IMG/VR virus record: IMGVR_UViG_3300030380_004057
Location: 12,965 to 76,964 of that record
DNA: 64,000 nt
Source: a virus
Reading direction: 5' to 3' (one strand)
How positions within the stretch are numbered: position 1 is the first letter of the stretch; the number at the start of each line of letters is the position of its first letter. The translations under genes and the position numbers were made by a program. Under the pieces are notes generated by a model. It worked only from the letters and a program-made list of their open reading frames with translations. It did no database searches and had not been told where the DNA came from. Positions 26,304 to 35,685 of this stretch are shown here, piece by piece.

Positions 26304-28519
26304 AGTATGAACAATCTTTAATAAAAGTACTAAAAGACTATGTTAAACCTAAAGTTTTAGCTAGAAATAATAGGTATAAAAAATGGGAGTACGGTTACAA
26401 CGAAGATCACGACTTTGTAGTTATAAGTAAAACGGGCGAGATAGGTGAAGTATGTGAAATACAAAATTTAAAAATAGCTTTACCTAAAGCAAACAATGTT
26501 TATAAGTTTAAACAAAACAAATGGGCTAAGTTTGATTATCCTGACGAGTTAAAAAAAATTAAAACTGTTTATGATTTTAAGCAGTATCCACAAGATTTTA
26601 AAGAAAAATGGTATGATTACATCGATAATGAGTTTACCCGTAGGGAAGAAGGTTTTTGGTTTTATAACAAAGATATTCCTACTTACATTAGTGGCACTCA
26701 TTATATGTACTTGCAGTGGTCTAAGATTGACGTCGGGGCACCAAACTTCCGTGAGTCAAATAGATTATTCTTTATTTTCTGGGAAGCTTGTAAGGCAGAT
26801 TCACGATCCTTTGGGATGTGCTACCTTAAGAATAGGCGGTCCGGGTTTTCTTTCATGGCCTCAGGAGAGGTGGTTAACCTGGCAACCATATCAAGTGACT
26901 CTAGGTATGGTATATTATCCAAATCTGGACCTGATGCCAAATCCATGTTCACAGATAAGGTGGTACCCATATCAGTTAATTATCCCTTCTTTTTCAAACC
27001 GACCCAAGACGGAATGGACAGGCCCAAGACCGAGCTTGCCTACAGAGTACCAGCAACCAAATACACCCGTCGTAAACTTACCGCCCCCACCACCGACGAA
27101 ACCTTACAAGATCTACAGGGACTTGACACCACTATCGACTGGAAAAATACAGGTGACAACTCCTATGATGGGGAGAAACTCAAGCTCCTCGTCCATGATG
27201 AATCGGGGAAGTGGGAAAGGCCGAACAACATCCTCAACAACTGGAGGGTTACGAAAACCACATTAAGATTAGGTAGTAGAATAGTTGGTAAGTGCATGAT
27301 GGGCTCAACATCAAACGCATTAGATAAAGGTGGTGACAACTTTAAAAAGTTATACTATGATTCAGATGTTACAAAAAGAAACCGCAATGGACAGACTCGC
27401 TCAGGACTATATAGTTTGTTCATACCTATGGAATGGAACTACGAAGGATACATTGATTCTCATGGACTACCTGTATTCCAAGATCCAACAGAAAAGGTTT
27501 TTGGACCACATGGAGATGAAATTAAAAACGGAGTAATTGATTATTGGAATAACGAAGTAGATGGTTTAAAATCTGATCAAGATGCTTTAAATGAATTTTA
27601 TAGACAGTTTCCACGCACAGAGCAACATGCTTTTAGAGACGAAACAAAACAGAGTTTATTTAATTTAACAAAAATATACGAACAGGTAGATTATAACGAA
27701 GAAGTTAAAATGTCTGGGCTTATAACGCAAGGTAGCTTTCAATGGCGTAACGGTGTTAAAGATACTACTGTAGAGTTTATGCCAAATAATAACGGTAGGT
27801 TTAAAATAAGCTGGACACCTGATGCTAACATGCAAAACAGAATAATAGTTAAAAACGGTGTTAAGTTTCCTGGTAATGAACACGTTGGCGCTTTTGGTTG
27901 TGACAGTTATGATATATCAGGTACTGTTGACAGGTTAGGATCTAATGGGGCTTTACACGGTGTTACTAAGTTTAGTATGGAAAACGCACCTCCTAATAGA
28001 ATATTTTTAGAATATGTAGCAAGACCTCAAACCGCTGAAATATTTTTTGAAGATGTTCTTATGGCACTAGTATTTTACGGTATGCCAATATTGTGTGAAA
28101 ATAATAAACCAAGACTTTTATATTATTTAAAACGTCGAGGCTATAGAGGTTATTCAATGAATAGACCTGATAAAATTTGGAACAAATTATCTGTTACAGA
28201 AAAAGAAATAGGTGGTATACCTAATTCTAGCGAAGACATTAAACAAGCTCATGCTGCAGCTATAGAAAGCTATGTTGAAAACTATGTAGGAAGATTAAAT
28301 GAAAGTTATGGTGATATGTATTTTAATAGAACTTTAGAAGACTGGGCTAAGTTTGACATAAACAATAGAACTAAATTTGACGCGTCAATAAGTTCTGGTT
28401 TAGCCTTAATGGCTTGCAATAAAAACCTATATAAACCGATACAAGAAAGAAAAATAAAATCAATTAATCTTGGTATTAAAAAATATAATAACCAAGGAGT
28501 GAGATCTCAAATAATTTAA
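26300..28519 (+). CDS. terL: terminase large subunit
   Basis: Walker A KNRRSGFS, Walker B LLVHDESGKW, motif GSTSN, nuclease FGCDSYD; precedes portal. Confidence 0.92.
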   Translation: MKYEQSLIKVLKDYVKPKVLARNNRYKKWEYGYNEDHDFVVISKTGEIGEVCEIQNLKIALPKANNVYKFKQNKWAKFDYPDELKKIKTVYDFKQYPQDFKEKWYDYIDNEFTRREEGFWFYNKDIPTYISGTHYMYLQWSKIDVGAPNFRESNRLFFIFWEACKADSRSFGMCYLKNRRSGFSFMASGEVVNLATISSDSRYGILSKSGPDAKSMFTDKVVPISVNYPFFFKPTQDGMDRPKTELAYRVPATKYTRRKLTAPTTDETLQDLQGLDTTIDWKNTGDNSYDGEKLKLLVHDESGKWERPNNILNNWRVTKTTLRLGSRIVGKCMMGSTSNALDKGGDNFKKLYYDSDVTKRNRNGQTRSGLYSLFIPMEWNYEGYIDSHGLPVFQDPTEKVFGPHGDEIKNGVIDYWNNEVDGLKSDQDALNEFYRQFPRTEQHAFRDETKQSLFNLTKIYEQVDYNEEVKMSGLITQGSFQWRNGVKDTTVEFMPNNNGRFKISWTPDANMQNRIIVKNGVKFPGNEHVGAFGCDSYDISGTVDRLGSNGALHGVTKFSMENAPPNRIFLEYVARPQTAEIFFEDVLMALVFYGMPILCENNKPRLLYYLKRRGYRGYSMNRPDKIWNKLSVTEKEIGGIPNSSEDIKQAHAAAIESYVENYVGRLNESYGDMYFNRTLEDWAKFDINNRTKFDASISSGLALMACNKNLYKPIQERKIKSINLGIKKYNNQGVRSQII
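26571..27266 (+). CDS. putative overprinted (+1 frame) lipoprotein-like ORF inside terL
   Basis: 231 open codons, signal-like KIFLLTLVALIICTC, Pro-rich; local shift of terL to C/G-ending codons. Confidence 0.5.
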   Translation: MILSSIHKILKKNGMITSIMSLPVGKKVFGFITKIFLLTLVALIICTCSGLRLTSGHQTSVSQIDYSLFSGKLVRQIHDPLGCATLRIGGPGFLSWPQERWLTWQPYQVTLGMVYYPNLDLMPNPCSQIRWYPYQLIIPSFSNRPKTEWTGPRPSLPTEYQQPNTPVVNLPPPPPTKPYKIYRDLTPLSTGKIQVTTPMMGRNSSSSSMMNRGSGKGRTTSSTTGGLRKPH

Positions 28520-28521
28520 AG

Positions 28522-30933
28522 ATGATTAAAAAAGGTATTAAAACCTCTTTTCCTAGCCAAGCTGTTAGTGATGAAGAAAAGATGAGTGCTGAGTATGGCG
28601 CTAAAGTTGGTTCAGCTATTGAGCATGAGTGGTTTAGTAATAATGAAAACTCAAATAGATACACTACTTTTAAAGAATCTTTTCATTCGTTAAGACTATA
28701 TGCAAGAGGTGAGCAGTCAATTAAAAAATATAAAGATGAATTATCTATTAACGGTGATTTATCTTATTTAAATTTAGACTGGAAACCTGTACCTATTATA
28801 TCTAAGTTTGTAGATATAGTTGTAAACGGTATGGCTGATAGATTATACGATATTAAAGCATACTCGCAGGATCCAGCTGCTATAAAAGAGAGAACTGATT
28901 ATGTTGAAAATATTGTGTCAGATATGGAAGCTAAAGGATTTAATGATCAAGTAGCTCAACAGTTTGGTATAAATATGTATAAAACTGATCAATCAAGGTT
29001 ACCAACAAGTAATGAAGAACTACAGCTTCATATGCAGCTTGATTATAAACAAAGTATTGAAATAGCAGAAGAAGAAGCAATTAACAGTGTATTTGACGCT
29101 AATAAATACGATTATTTATCTAAAAGAGTTAATCATGATTTAGTTACTCTAGGTATTGGTGCTGTAAAAAATTCATTTAATAAATCAGAAGGTATTAAAA
29201 TAGAATATGTTGACCCTGCTGATTTAGTTTATTCTTATACAGACTCACCTTATTTTGATGATATATATTATGTAGGTGAAGTAAAACAAGTTTATGCTAA
29301 CGAGCTTAAAAAACAGTTTCCACAAGTAACTGATGAAGAAATAGAAAGATATAGAGGTTATTCAAACGGTTATAGAAAAAGAACAATTGTAAATAAAAAA
29401 GGTGACGACAGCAATACTATAAGTGTTTTATATTTTGAATATAAAACTTATATGAGTGAAGTTTATAAAGTAAAAAATACATCTACAGGCGGACAAAGAG
29501 CTATTAGAAAAGATAGTGGTTTTAATCCACCTAAAAATGAAGACTTTGAAAAAGTTGAAAGAGTTATAGAAGTTGTATATGAAGGGGCTAAAATATTAGG
29601 TAGTGGGTCAGATAAGCTTTTAAAGTGGGAGTTAAAGAAAAATATGATGAGACCTAAGGCTGATACTACTAAAGCTGTAATGAGTTATAGCATGTGTGCT
29701 CCGCGTATGTATGAAGGTCGTATTGAAAGTTTAGTAAGCCGTATAACTGGTTTTGCAGATATGATACAGCTTACTCATTTAAAGCTACAACAAGTTATGG
29801 CTAAAATGGTACCAGACGGTGTTTATTTAGACGCTGATGCTTTAGCTGAAATAGATTTAGGTAATGGTACTAATTATAATCCGCAAGAAGCTTTAAATAT
29901 GTATTTCCAAACTGGTAGTGTTATTGGTAGATCAATGACTCAAGATGGTGATATGAACAGGGGTATAAGGCCAGTAACTGAAATAAACTCTAGTACTAAA
30001 GGTGGTAAAATACAAAGTTTAATACAAACTTATAATTATTATCTTCAAATGATGCGTGATGTAACTGGATTAAATGAAGCTAGAGATGGAAGTACGCCAG
30101 ATAAAAACGCTTTAGTAGGTGTTCAAAAACTTGCAGCAGCAAACAGTAACACAGCAACTAGACACATATTGCAAGGTAGTTTATATATAACCTTATCGCT
30201 TGCAGAGTGTATTGCTATGAGAATATCAGATGTTATAGAATATTCTCCCACAAAAGAATCTTTTATAAAATCTTTAGGTAAATTTAATGTTGGTACATTA
30301 GAAGAAATGTCTAGTTTACACTTGCATGATTTTGGTATATTTTTAGAGTTAGCGCCTGATGAAGAAGAAAAGGCTAGACTAGAAAATAATATACAAATGG
30401 CTTTACAACAAAATACTATAAACTTAGAAGACGCTATTGATATACGTGAAGTTAGAAATATAAAGCTAGCAAATCAATTGTTGAAAATAAGAAGAAAAGC
30501 TAAAGAAGCTATTGATCAACAAAAAGCTCAGCAAAATATACAAGCTCAAGCACAGGCTAACGCCGCTGCTTCTGAAAGAGCAACCGCAGCTGAAATGCAA
30601 AAACAACAAGCTTTAAATGAAGGTAAAGCTCAAATGGAACAAGTTAAAGCTCAGCTTGAAATGCAAAAACTAGAAAGAGAAGCTCAGCTTAAAAAAGAAT
30701 TAATGCAAATTGAGTTTGAGATGAATATGCAGTTGAGACAAGCTGAAGCAAATGTATTAAAGCAAAGAGAAAAACAAAAAGAAGATCGTAAAGATGAAAG
30801 AACTAAGATACAAGCAACTCAACAAAGCGAGTTGATTGATCAAAGGAAAAAAGAAACAGGACCTAAAAGTTTTGAATCAGCTGGATTTGATAACTTAGAT
30901 GGTTTTGGCCTAGAACAATTTGATCCTAGGTAG
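28522..30933 (+). CDS. portal protein
   Basis: 803 aa after TerL; PVPIISKFVDIVV, VTGLNEARDGS, Q-rich C-terminal coil. Confidence 0.88.
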   Translation: MIKKGIKTSFPSQAVSDEEKMSAEYGAKVGSAIEHEWFSNNENSNRYTTFKESFHSLRLYARGEQSIKKYKDELSINGDLSYLNLDWKPVPIISKFVDIVVNGMADRLYDIKAYSQDPAAIKERTDYVENIVSDMEAKGFNDQVAQQFGINMYKTDQSRLPTSNEELQLHMQLDYKQSIEIAEEEAINSVFDANKYDYLSKRVNHDLVTLGIGAVKNSFNKSEGIKIEYVDPADLVYSYTDSPYFDDIYYVGEVKQVYANELKKQFPQVTDEEIERYRGYSNGYRKRTIVNKKGDDSNTISVLYFEYKTYMSEVYKVKNTSTGGQRAIRKDSGFNPPKNEDFEKVERVIEVVYEGAKILGSGSDKLLKWELKKNMMRPKADTTKAVMSYSMCAPRMYEGRIESLVSRITGFADMIQLTHLKLQQVMAKMVPDGVYLDADALAEIDLGNGTNYNPQEALNMYFQTGSVIGRSMTQDGDMNRGIRPVTEINSSTKGGKIQSLIQTYNYYLQMMRDVTGLNEARDGSTPDKNALVGVQKLAAANSNTATRHILQGSLYITLSLAECIAMRISDVIEYSPTKESFIKSLGKFNVGTLEEMSSLHLHDFGIFLELAPDEEEKARLENNIQMALQQNTINLEDAIDIREVRNIKLANQLLKIRRKAKEAIDQQKAQQNIQAQAQANAAASERATAAEMQKQQALNEGKAQMEQVKAQLEMQKLEREAQLKKELMQIEFEMNMQLRQAEANVLKQREKQKEDRKDERTKIQATQQSELIDQRKKETGPKSFESAGFDNLDGFGLEQFDPR

Positions 30934-30958
30934 TTTATTAATTATATAATATTATATC

Positions 30959-32182
30959 ATGGAAAATACTGAAAAACAAGAAAACGTTATTCAAGAGGTA
31001 AAAACAGAAGAAACACCTGTAAACACTTCTAATGAACAACAAAAACAAGAAGAGCCAAAAGTTCAAGCTAGAATAGTTGAACAAGAAGGTGGTAATTTTA
31101 AAATCAAATTAAAAAAGAAAGATGAGCCCGTTCAAGAGCAAAGCACAGATGAAGTACCTGTTCGCGACAAATCCGACGATAGCGAAAAAGTTTCTGAAGA
31201 AAACAAGCAAGAAGAAGTTGAAAAGTCTACCGAAGAAACTAAAGAAGAAGAGGTAGTTCTTGAAGAGGTAAAACAAGAAGACACGCAACAAGAAGAAGTT
31301 GTAGAAGAAAAAATTGAAGAACCTGTAGCGCAAACACAACCTGAGCCGCAAGTTGTTGTACCAGAAAACTTAAAAGATTTAGTTAAGTTTATGGAAGATA
31401 CAGGTGGAACTCTAGAAGATTATGCTAGATTAAACGCGGATTATTCTAATATAGACGATAACGCTTTATTATTAGAATATTATAAAACGACTAAACCTCA
31501 TTTAAACATGGAAGAAGTAAACTTTTTAATTGAAGATAACTTTCATTTTGATGAGGAAATTGATGAGCCAAGAAATATTAAAAAGAAAAAATTGGCTTTC
31601 AAAGAAGAAATTGTAAAAGCTCGAAAGCATCTTACTGGCCTAAAGGATCAGTATTACAAAGAAGTCAAGTTGGGTTCTAAGTTGACCAGCGAGCAGAAAG
31701 AGGCAGTAGAATTTTACAATACATACAAACAAGAACAAGCCACTAATAGTGAGATCCAAAAACAACAGCTAGAACGTTTCCAAAAATCTACTGACTCTGT
31801 ATTCAATAATAATTTCAAAGGTTTTGACTTTAACGTTGGAGAAAAAACTTATAGATACAATATTAAAGATGTTCAAGTTGTTAAAGAGTATCAAAGCGAT
31901 ATATCTAATTTCGTAAGAGAGTTTCTTAACGATAAAAATATGATGCAAGATGCAAAGGGATATCACAAAGCTTTATATGCTGGTAAAAACATTGATAAAA
32001 TTGTTAAACATTTTTATGATCAAGGTAAAGCAGATGCTATAAAGGAAACAAGTATGAATGCTAAAAACATTGACATGTCTCCAAGAACTGCTGCACCTGT
32101 TGTTGATGCTGGTGGTAGAAAGTTTAGAGTATTAAGTGGCGATGATAGTTCTAGTTTGAAATTTAAAATTAGAAATAAATAA
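30959..32182 (+). CDS. capsid scaffolding protein
   Basis: 407 aa, acidic low-complexity N-terminus, between portal and capsid. Confidence 0.75.
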   Translation: MENTEKQENVIQEVKTEETPVNTSNEQQKQEEPKVQARIVEQEGGNFKIKLKKKDEPVQEQSTDEVPVRDKSDDSEKVSEENKQEEVEKSTEETKEEEVVLEEVKQEDTQQEEVVEEKIEEPVAQTQPEPQVVVPENLKDLVKFMEDTGGTLEDYARLNADYSNIDDNALLLEYYKTTKPHLNMEEVNFLIEDNFHFDEEIDEPRNIKKKKLAFKEEIVKARKHLTGLKDQYYKEVKLGSKLTSEQKEAVEFYNTYKQEQATNSEIQKQQLERFQKSTDSVFNNNFKGFDFNVGEKTYRYNIKDVQVVKEYQSDISNFVREFLNDKNMMQDAKGYHKALYAGKNIDKIVKHFYDQGKADAIKETSMNAKNIDMSPRTAAPVVDAGGRKFRVLSGDDSSSLKFKIRNK

Positions 32183-32202
32183 CAACTTAAAATTTAAACA
32201 AA

Positions 32203-33645
32203 ATGGGATTTAATACGTCTTTAGGTTTGGGTGGAGATTATTCGTTAACGGGTTCTCCTTCCCAAGTAGTAAGCGACAACAATTACATGGATTTAGCTAA
32301 TACAGCTAACCAAGGTTGGGCGCAACAATACCTACCAGAGTTGTACGAACAAGAGATCGAAAGATACGGAAATCGTACAATTAACGGATTTCTAGCAATG
32401 GTAGGGGCAGAAATGCCTATGATGTCCGATCAAGTAGTATGGTCTGAGCAAAACAGATTACATATTGCTTATAAAAACAAGTCAGGTAACGAAACTGCAA
32501 CTGTTAATTCAAGTACTAACGTAGTAACATTAGGTAGTGATTACACTAACTCTGTAAGAGTAGGTGCTCAAATCATTATTACTGATTCAGCTACAGGTCT
32601 TAAAACAGCTGTTTGTAGAGTTACTGTAACAAGTGGTCAAACATTCACTGCATTACCATACGAAACTGCTGATCTATCTTCAGTTTTAGGTTCTGGTAGT
32701 TCAATTGGGTGTAATGTATTTGTATTTGGTTCTGAGTTTGCAAAAGGTTCTGCTTCTATGGTAGGAGAACTTAAGCCAACTTTTACTAAATTTGATAACA
32801 GACCAATTATTATTAAAGATCACTTTAAAATTTCAGGTTCTGATACAGCTCAAATTGGTTGGGTTGAAACGATTGATGAGTCTGGACAATCAGGTTTTTC
32901 TTGGTATATGAAATCTGCTAGTGAAACTAGATTAAGATTTGAAGACTACTTAGAAATGTCTATGATTGAATCTGTAAAAGGTGTTCCTGGAAGTTCTACA
33001 CTTGAAGCCGCTACTGGTGGTTTAGGTATTGACGCTGGTGACAGTTTCGGTACTGAAGGTTTATTCCAAGCTGTTGAAACAAGAGGTAATGTATTTGAAG
33101 ATTTAGCTTCACTTGCTGATTTTGATTTAGTATTAAAAAATCTTGACAAGCAAGGTGCTATTGAAGAAAATATCTTATATGTAAATAGAGATTTAGCATT
33201 AACTTTTGATGACATGATGGCTGGATTAAACGCTGGTTACCAAGGAGGTGCTTCATTTGGTGTATTTGAAAACTCTGCTGATATGGCATTAAATTTAGGT
33301 TTCTCAGGTCTTAGAAGAGGTTCTTATGACTTCTATAAGTCTGATTGGAGATACTTAAACGATGCTGCTGGTAGAGGTGGTTTTGGAGATATTTCTGGAA
33401 TTTTAATTCCTGCTGGTGTATCATCTGTATATGATGAAAACTTAGGTAGAAATATTAAGAGACCTTTCTTACACGTAAGATATAGAGCTTCTCAAACTGA
33501 CGACAGAAGAATGAAGTCTTGGGTAACAGGATCTGTTGGTGGCGCATCATATATCGGTGACGATATTATGGAAGTACATTATTTATCTGAAAGATGTTTA
33601 ATTGTACAAGCTGCTAACAACTTCGTGTTATTGAAAGAATCATAG
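32203..33645 (+). CDS. major capsid protein
   Basis: 480 aa; QQYLPELYE.E.ERYG, position, high-expression codon bias. Confidence 0.85.
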   Translation: MGFNTSLGLGGDYSLTGSPSQVVSDNNYMDLANTANQGWAQQYLPELYEQEIERYGNRTINGFLAMVGAEMPMMSDQVVWSEQNRLHIAYKNKSGNETATVNSSTNVVTLGSDYTNSVRVGAQIIITDSATGLKTAVCRVTVTSGQTFTALPYETADLSSVLGSGSSIGCNVFVFGSEFAKGSASMVGELKPTFTKFDNRPIIIKDHFKISGSDTAQIGWVETIDESGQSGFSWYMKSASETRLRFEDYLEMSMIESVKGVPGSSTLEAATGGLGIDAGDSFGTEGLFQAVETRGNVFEDLASLADFDLVLKNLDKQGAIEENILYVNRDLALTFDDMMAGLNAGYQGGASFGVFENSADMALNLGFSGLRRGSYDFYKSDWRYLNDAAGRGGFGDISGILIPAGVSSVYDENLGRNIKRPFLHVRYRASQTDDRRMKSWVTGSVGGASYIGDDIMEVHYLSERCLIVQAANNFVLLKES

Positions 33646-33676
33646 TGGTAATTATTAACTTTTAAAACTAATAAAA

Positions 33677-34015
33677 ATGGATAAACTTTTAATTTTTATT
33701 GACGCAGCTGATGACGCTGCTTGTTACCCACTATCTTCTTTTGTAGGAATGACTGTTGCTGCTGACGCAACGATTAAAATGAGGTTTTTACCAAGTTTTA
33801 ATCCTGTCGGAGCTGCAGACGGAGATGTGGATCTTGTTACAGTTACATGTAATGCAGACACTGAGTTAAAAGTGTTTAAAAGCATAGCTAACGCTATTGG
33901 CGGCCATTTCAATGGTAAACACTCTTTTAACGGTTATGTGGTTGTTGCTGATGATGTAAATAGCGACTATGTTGACGCTAACATCACTGGTATCGCCATT
34001 ACACTTGGATCGTAA
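33677..34015 (+). CDS. putative capsid auxiliary/decoration protein
   Basis: 112 aa after MCP, before terminator. Confidence 0.55.
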   Translation: MDKLLIFIDAADDAACYPLSSFVGMTVAADATIKMRFLPSFNPVGAADGDVDLVTVTCNADTELKVFKSIANAIGGHFNGKHSFNGYVVVADDVNSDYVDANITGIAITLGS

Positions 34016-34031
34016 CAATTGATTATATTAA

Positions 34032-34069
34032 ACCAAAGGCGTCTTTAATGGCGCCTTTAGGTTTATTTT
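34032..34069 (+). terminator. intrinsic terminator after capsid genes
   Basis: AAAGGCGTC-TTTAAT-GGCGCCTTT stem followed by T-rich tract. Confidence 0.7.
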
Positions 34070-34092
34070 AAACTATTTAATTATATTATATT

Positions 34093-34890
34093 ATGGCAAA
34101 AAAGAAAAAAGAAGTATTGGTGGAAGAGCCAGTACAGGTAAAAGATAAATCTCCAAAATGGGAGATGAAAGATAGACAATATTTTTTAAAGAAAAAAGGT
34201 AGACCGCTAACATATGTGTTGCAGTCTAAGTCAACAAGAAGAAAACCACTGTTGTGGTGGGACGAAGCAAAAGGCATTAATAGAGAAATGAGATATGCTA
34301 GTAATCAAAAGTCTGTATTTGTTGATGAGCAAGATGAAAACGTAATGATGGAACACGTTATATTTGAAGAAGGTGTTTTATATGTTTCTAAACAAAACCA
34401 ACCATTACAAAAGTTTTTATCTTTATATCACCCTAAAAAAGATGTTGTTTATGCTGAAAAAGACGATGTTGCAGAAGCAAAAGAAGATTTAATTGATATT
34501 GAAACTGAAATGAAAGCTTTAAATACTGCTACATCTATAGAAATAGATCAAGCTGAAGCTATATTAAGAGTAGAAATAGGTTCTACTGTTGATCAAATGA
34601 GCTCGGCTGAAATAAAAAGAGATTTGTATTTATTTGCTAGACAAAACCCTGTTTTATTTTTAGATCTTGTAAATGATGAAAACGTTATACTTAGAAATTT
34701 AGCTATCAAGGCTAATGAAATGGGTGTAATAACTTTATCTCAAGATCAAAGGATGTTCACTTGGGGTTCAACTGATAGAAAATTAATGGAAGTACCTTTT
34801 GACGAAAACCCATATAGCGCTTTTGCTGCTTGGTTAAAAACTGATGAAGGTGTTGAAGTTTACAAATCAATACAAAAAAGGTTAAAATAA
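34093..34890 (+). CDS. conserved hypothetical protein (head/tail assembly region)
   Basis: 265 aa ORF. Confidence 0.7.
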   Translation: MAKKKKEVLVEEPVQVKDKSPKWEMKDRQYFLKKKGRPLTYVLQSKSTRRKPLLWWDEAKGINREMRYASNQKSVFVDEQDENVMMEHVIFEEGVLYVSKQNQPLQKFLSLYHPKKDVVYAEKDDVAEAKEDLIDIETEMKALNTATSIEIDQAEAILRVEIGSTVDQMSSAEIKRDLYLFARQNPVLFLDLVNDENVILRNLAIKANEMGVITLSQDQRMFTWGSTDRKLMEVPFDENPYSAFAAWLKTDEGVEVYKSIQKRLK

Positions 34891-34896
34891 AAACAA

Positions 34897-34931
34897 ATAG
34901 TCACGGCCCTTTAATTAGGGCCTGTGATTAT
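34897..34931 (+). terminator. hairpin, probable terminator
   Basis: TCACGGCCCT-TTAATT-AGGGCC(T)GTGA intergenic stem. Confidence 0.55.
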
Positions 34932-34944
34932 AATAAGATACAAA

Positions 34945-35682
34945 ATGGCAATATCAGTAGATAAAGTATATAGAAAAGTATTAGCAATACTAAACAAAGA
35001 ATCAAGAGGTTTTTTAACACCAGACGAGTTTAATAGAATAGGTTCGCAAGTACAGCTTGATCTACTTGACAAAGCTTTTCATGACTATAATAGAGCTGTA
35101 TCCAGAGAAACTGTAGGCCGAGGCGCTCAAGGATATGGTGATATACCTAAAAAAATACAGGATCGTATAGATCCATTTTATACTACTAACAATATAACAT
35201 TAGTTAGTGGTGTTGGAGCTCTACCAACTGTGACTGTTGATGATTATACTAGATCAAATGTATACAATATAGTTAGAGTAACAACACAAGACAACAGCTC
35301 GCTAAACATAACAGAAGTTGATAGAATAGAAAAATCTAAACTAACTTATTTATTATCTTCATCAATAACTTCTCCATCAACAACATTTCCAATATATTAT
35401 ATAACAGGCCAAAATATTAATGTAAATCCTATTGCGCTTTCTAGTGTTAGTATGGATTATATATCTATACCTAGCGATCCAGTGTGGAACTCTACAGCTG
35501 ATTCTAACGGTGCTTTAACTTATACAGCTACTGGTTCAACTGATTTTACTTTACACTCTTCTAGTGAAGTAGATTTAGTATTAGGTATATTAAGATACAC
35601 AGGAGTTATTATAAAAGACCCAAGCGTTATACAAGCTATAGGTCAAGAAACAGCAACAAAAGTACAACAAGAAAACGCTTAA
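34945..35682 (+). CDS. tail ring/adaptor protein
   Basis: MAISVDKVYRKVLAILNKESRGFLTPDEFN; position in podoviral tail module; ATG start preferred over 34924. Confidence 0.7.
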   Translation: MAISVDKVYRKVLAILNKESRGFLTPDEFNRIGSQVQLDLLDKAFHDYNRAVSRETVGRGAQGYGDIPKKIQDRIDPFYTTNNITLVSGVGALPTVTVDDYTRSNVYNIVRVTTQDNSSLNITEVDRIEKSKLTYLLSSSITSPSTTFPIYYITGQNINVNPIALSSVSMDYISIPSDPVWNSTADSNGALTYTATGSTDFTLHSSSEVDLVLGILRYTGVIIKDPSVIQAIGQETATKVQQENA

Positions 35683-35685
35683 TAA

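Noticed and set aside
31109-31351. Phe-rich minus ORF
   Set aside because: Reverse complement of the GAA/AAA-rich scaffold segment
31560-31860. Overprinted gene in C-ending codon patches of scaffold (and 53160-53550)
   Set aside because: +1 frame contains several stops; better explained by expression-related codon bias
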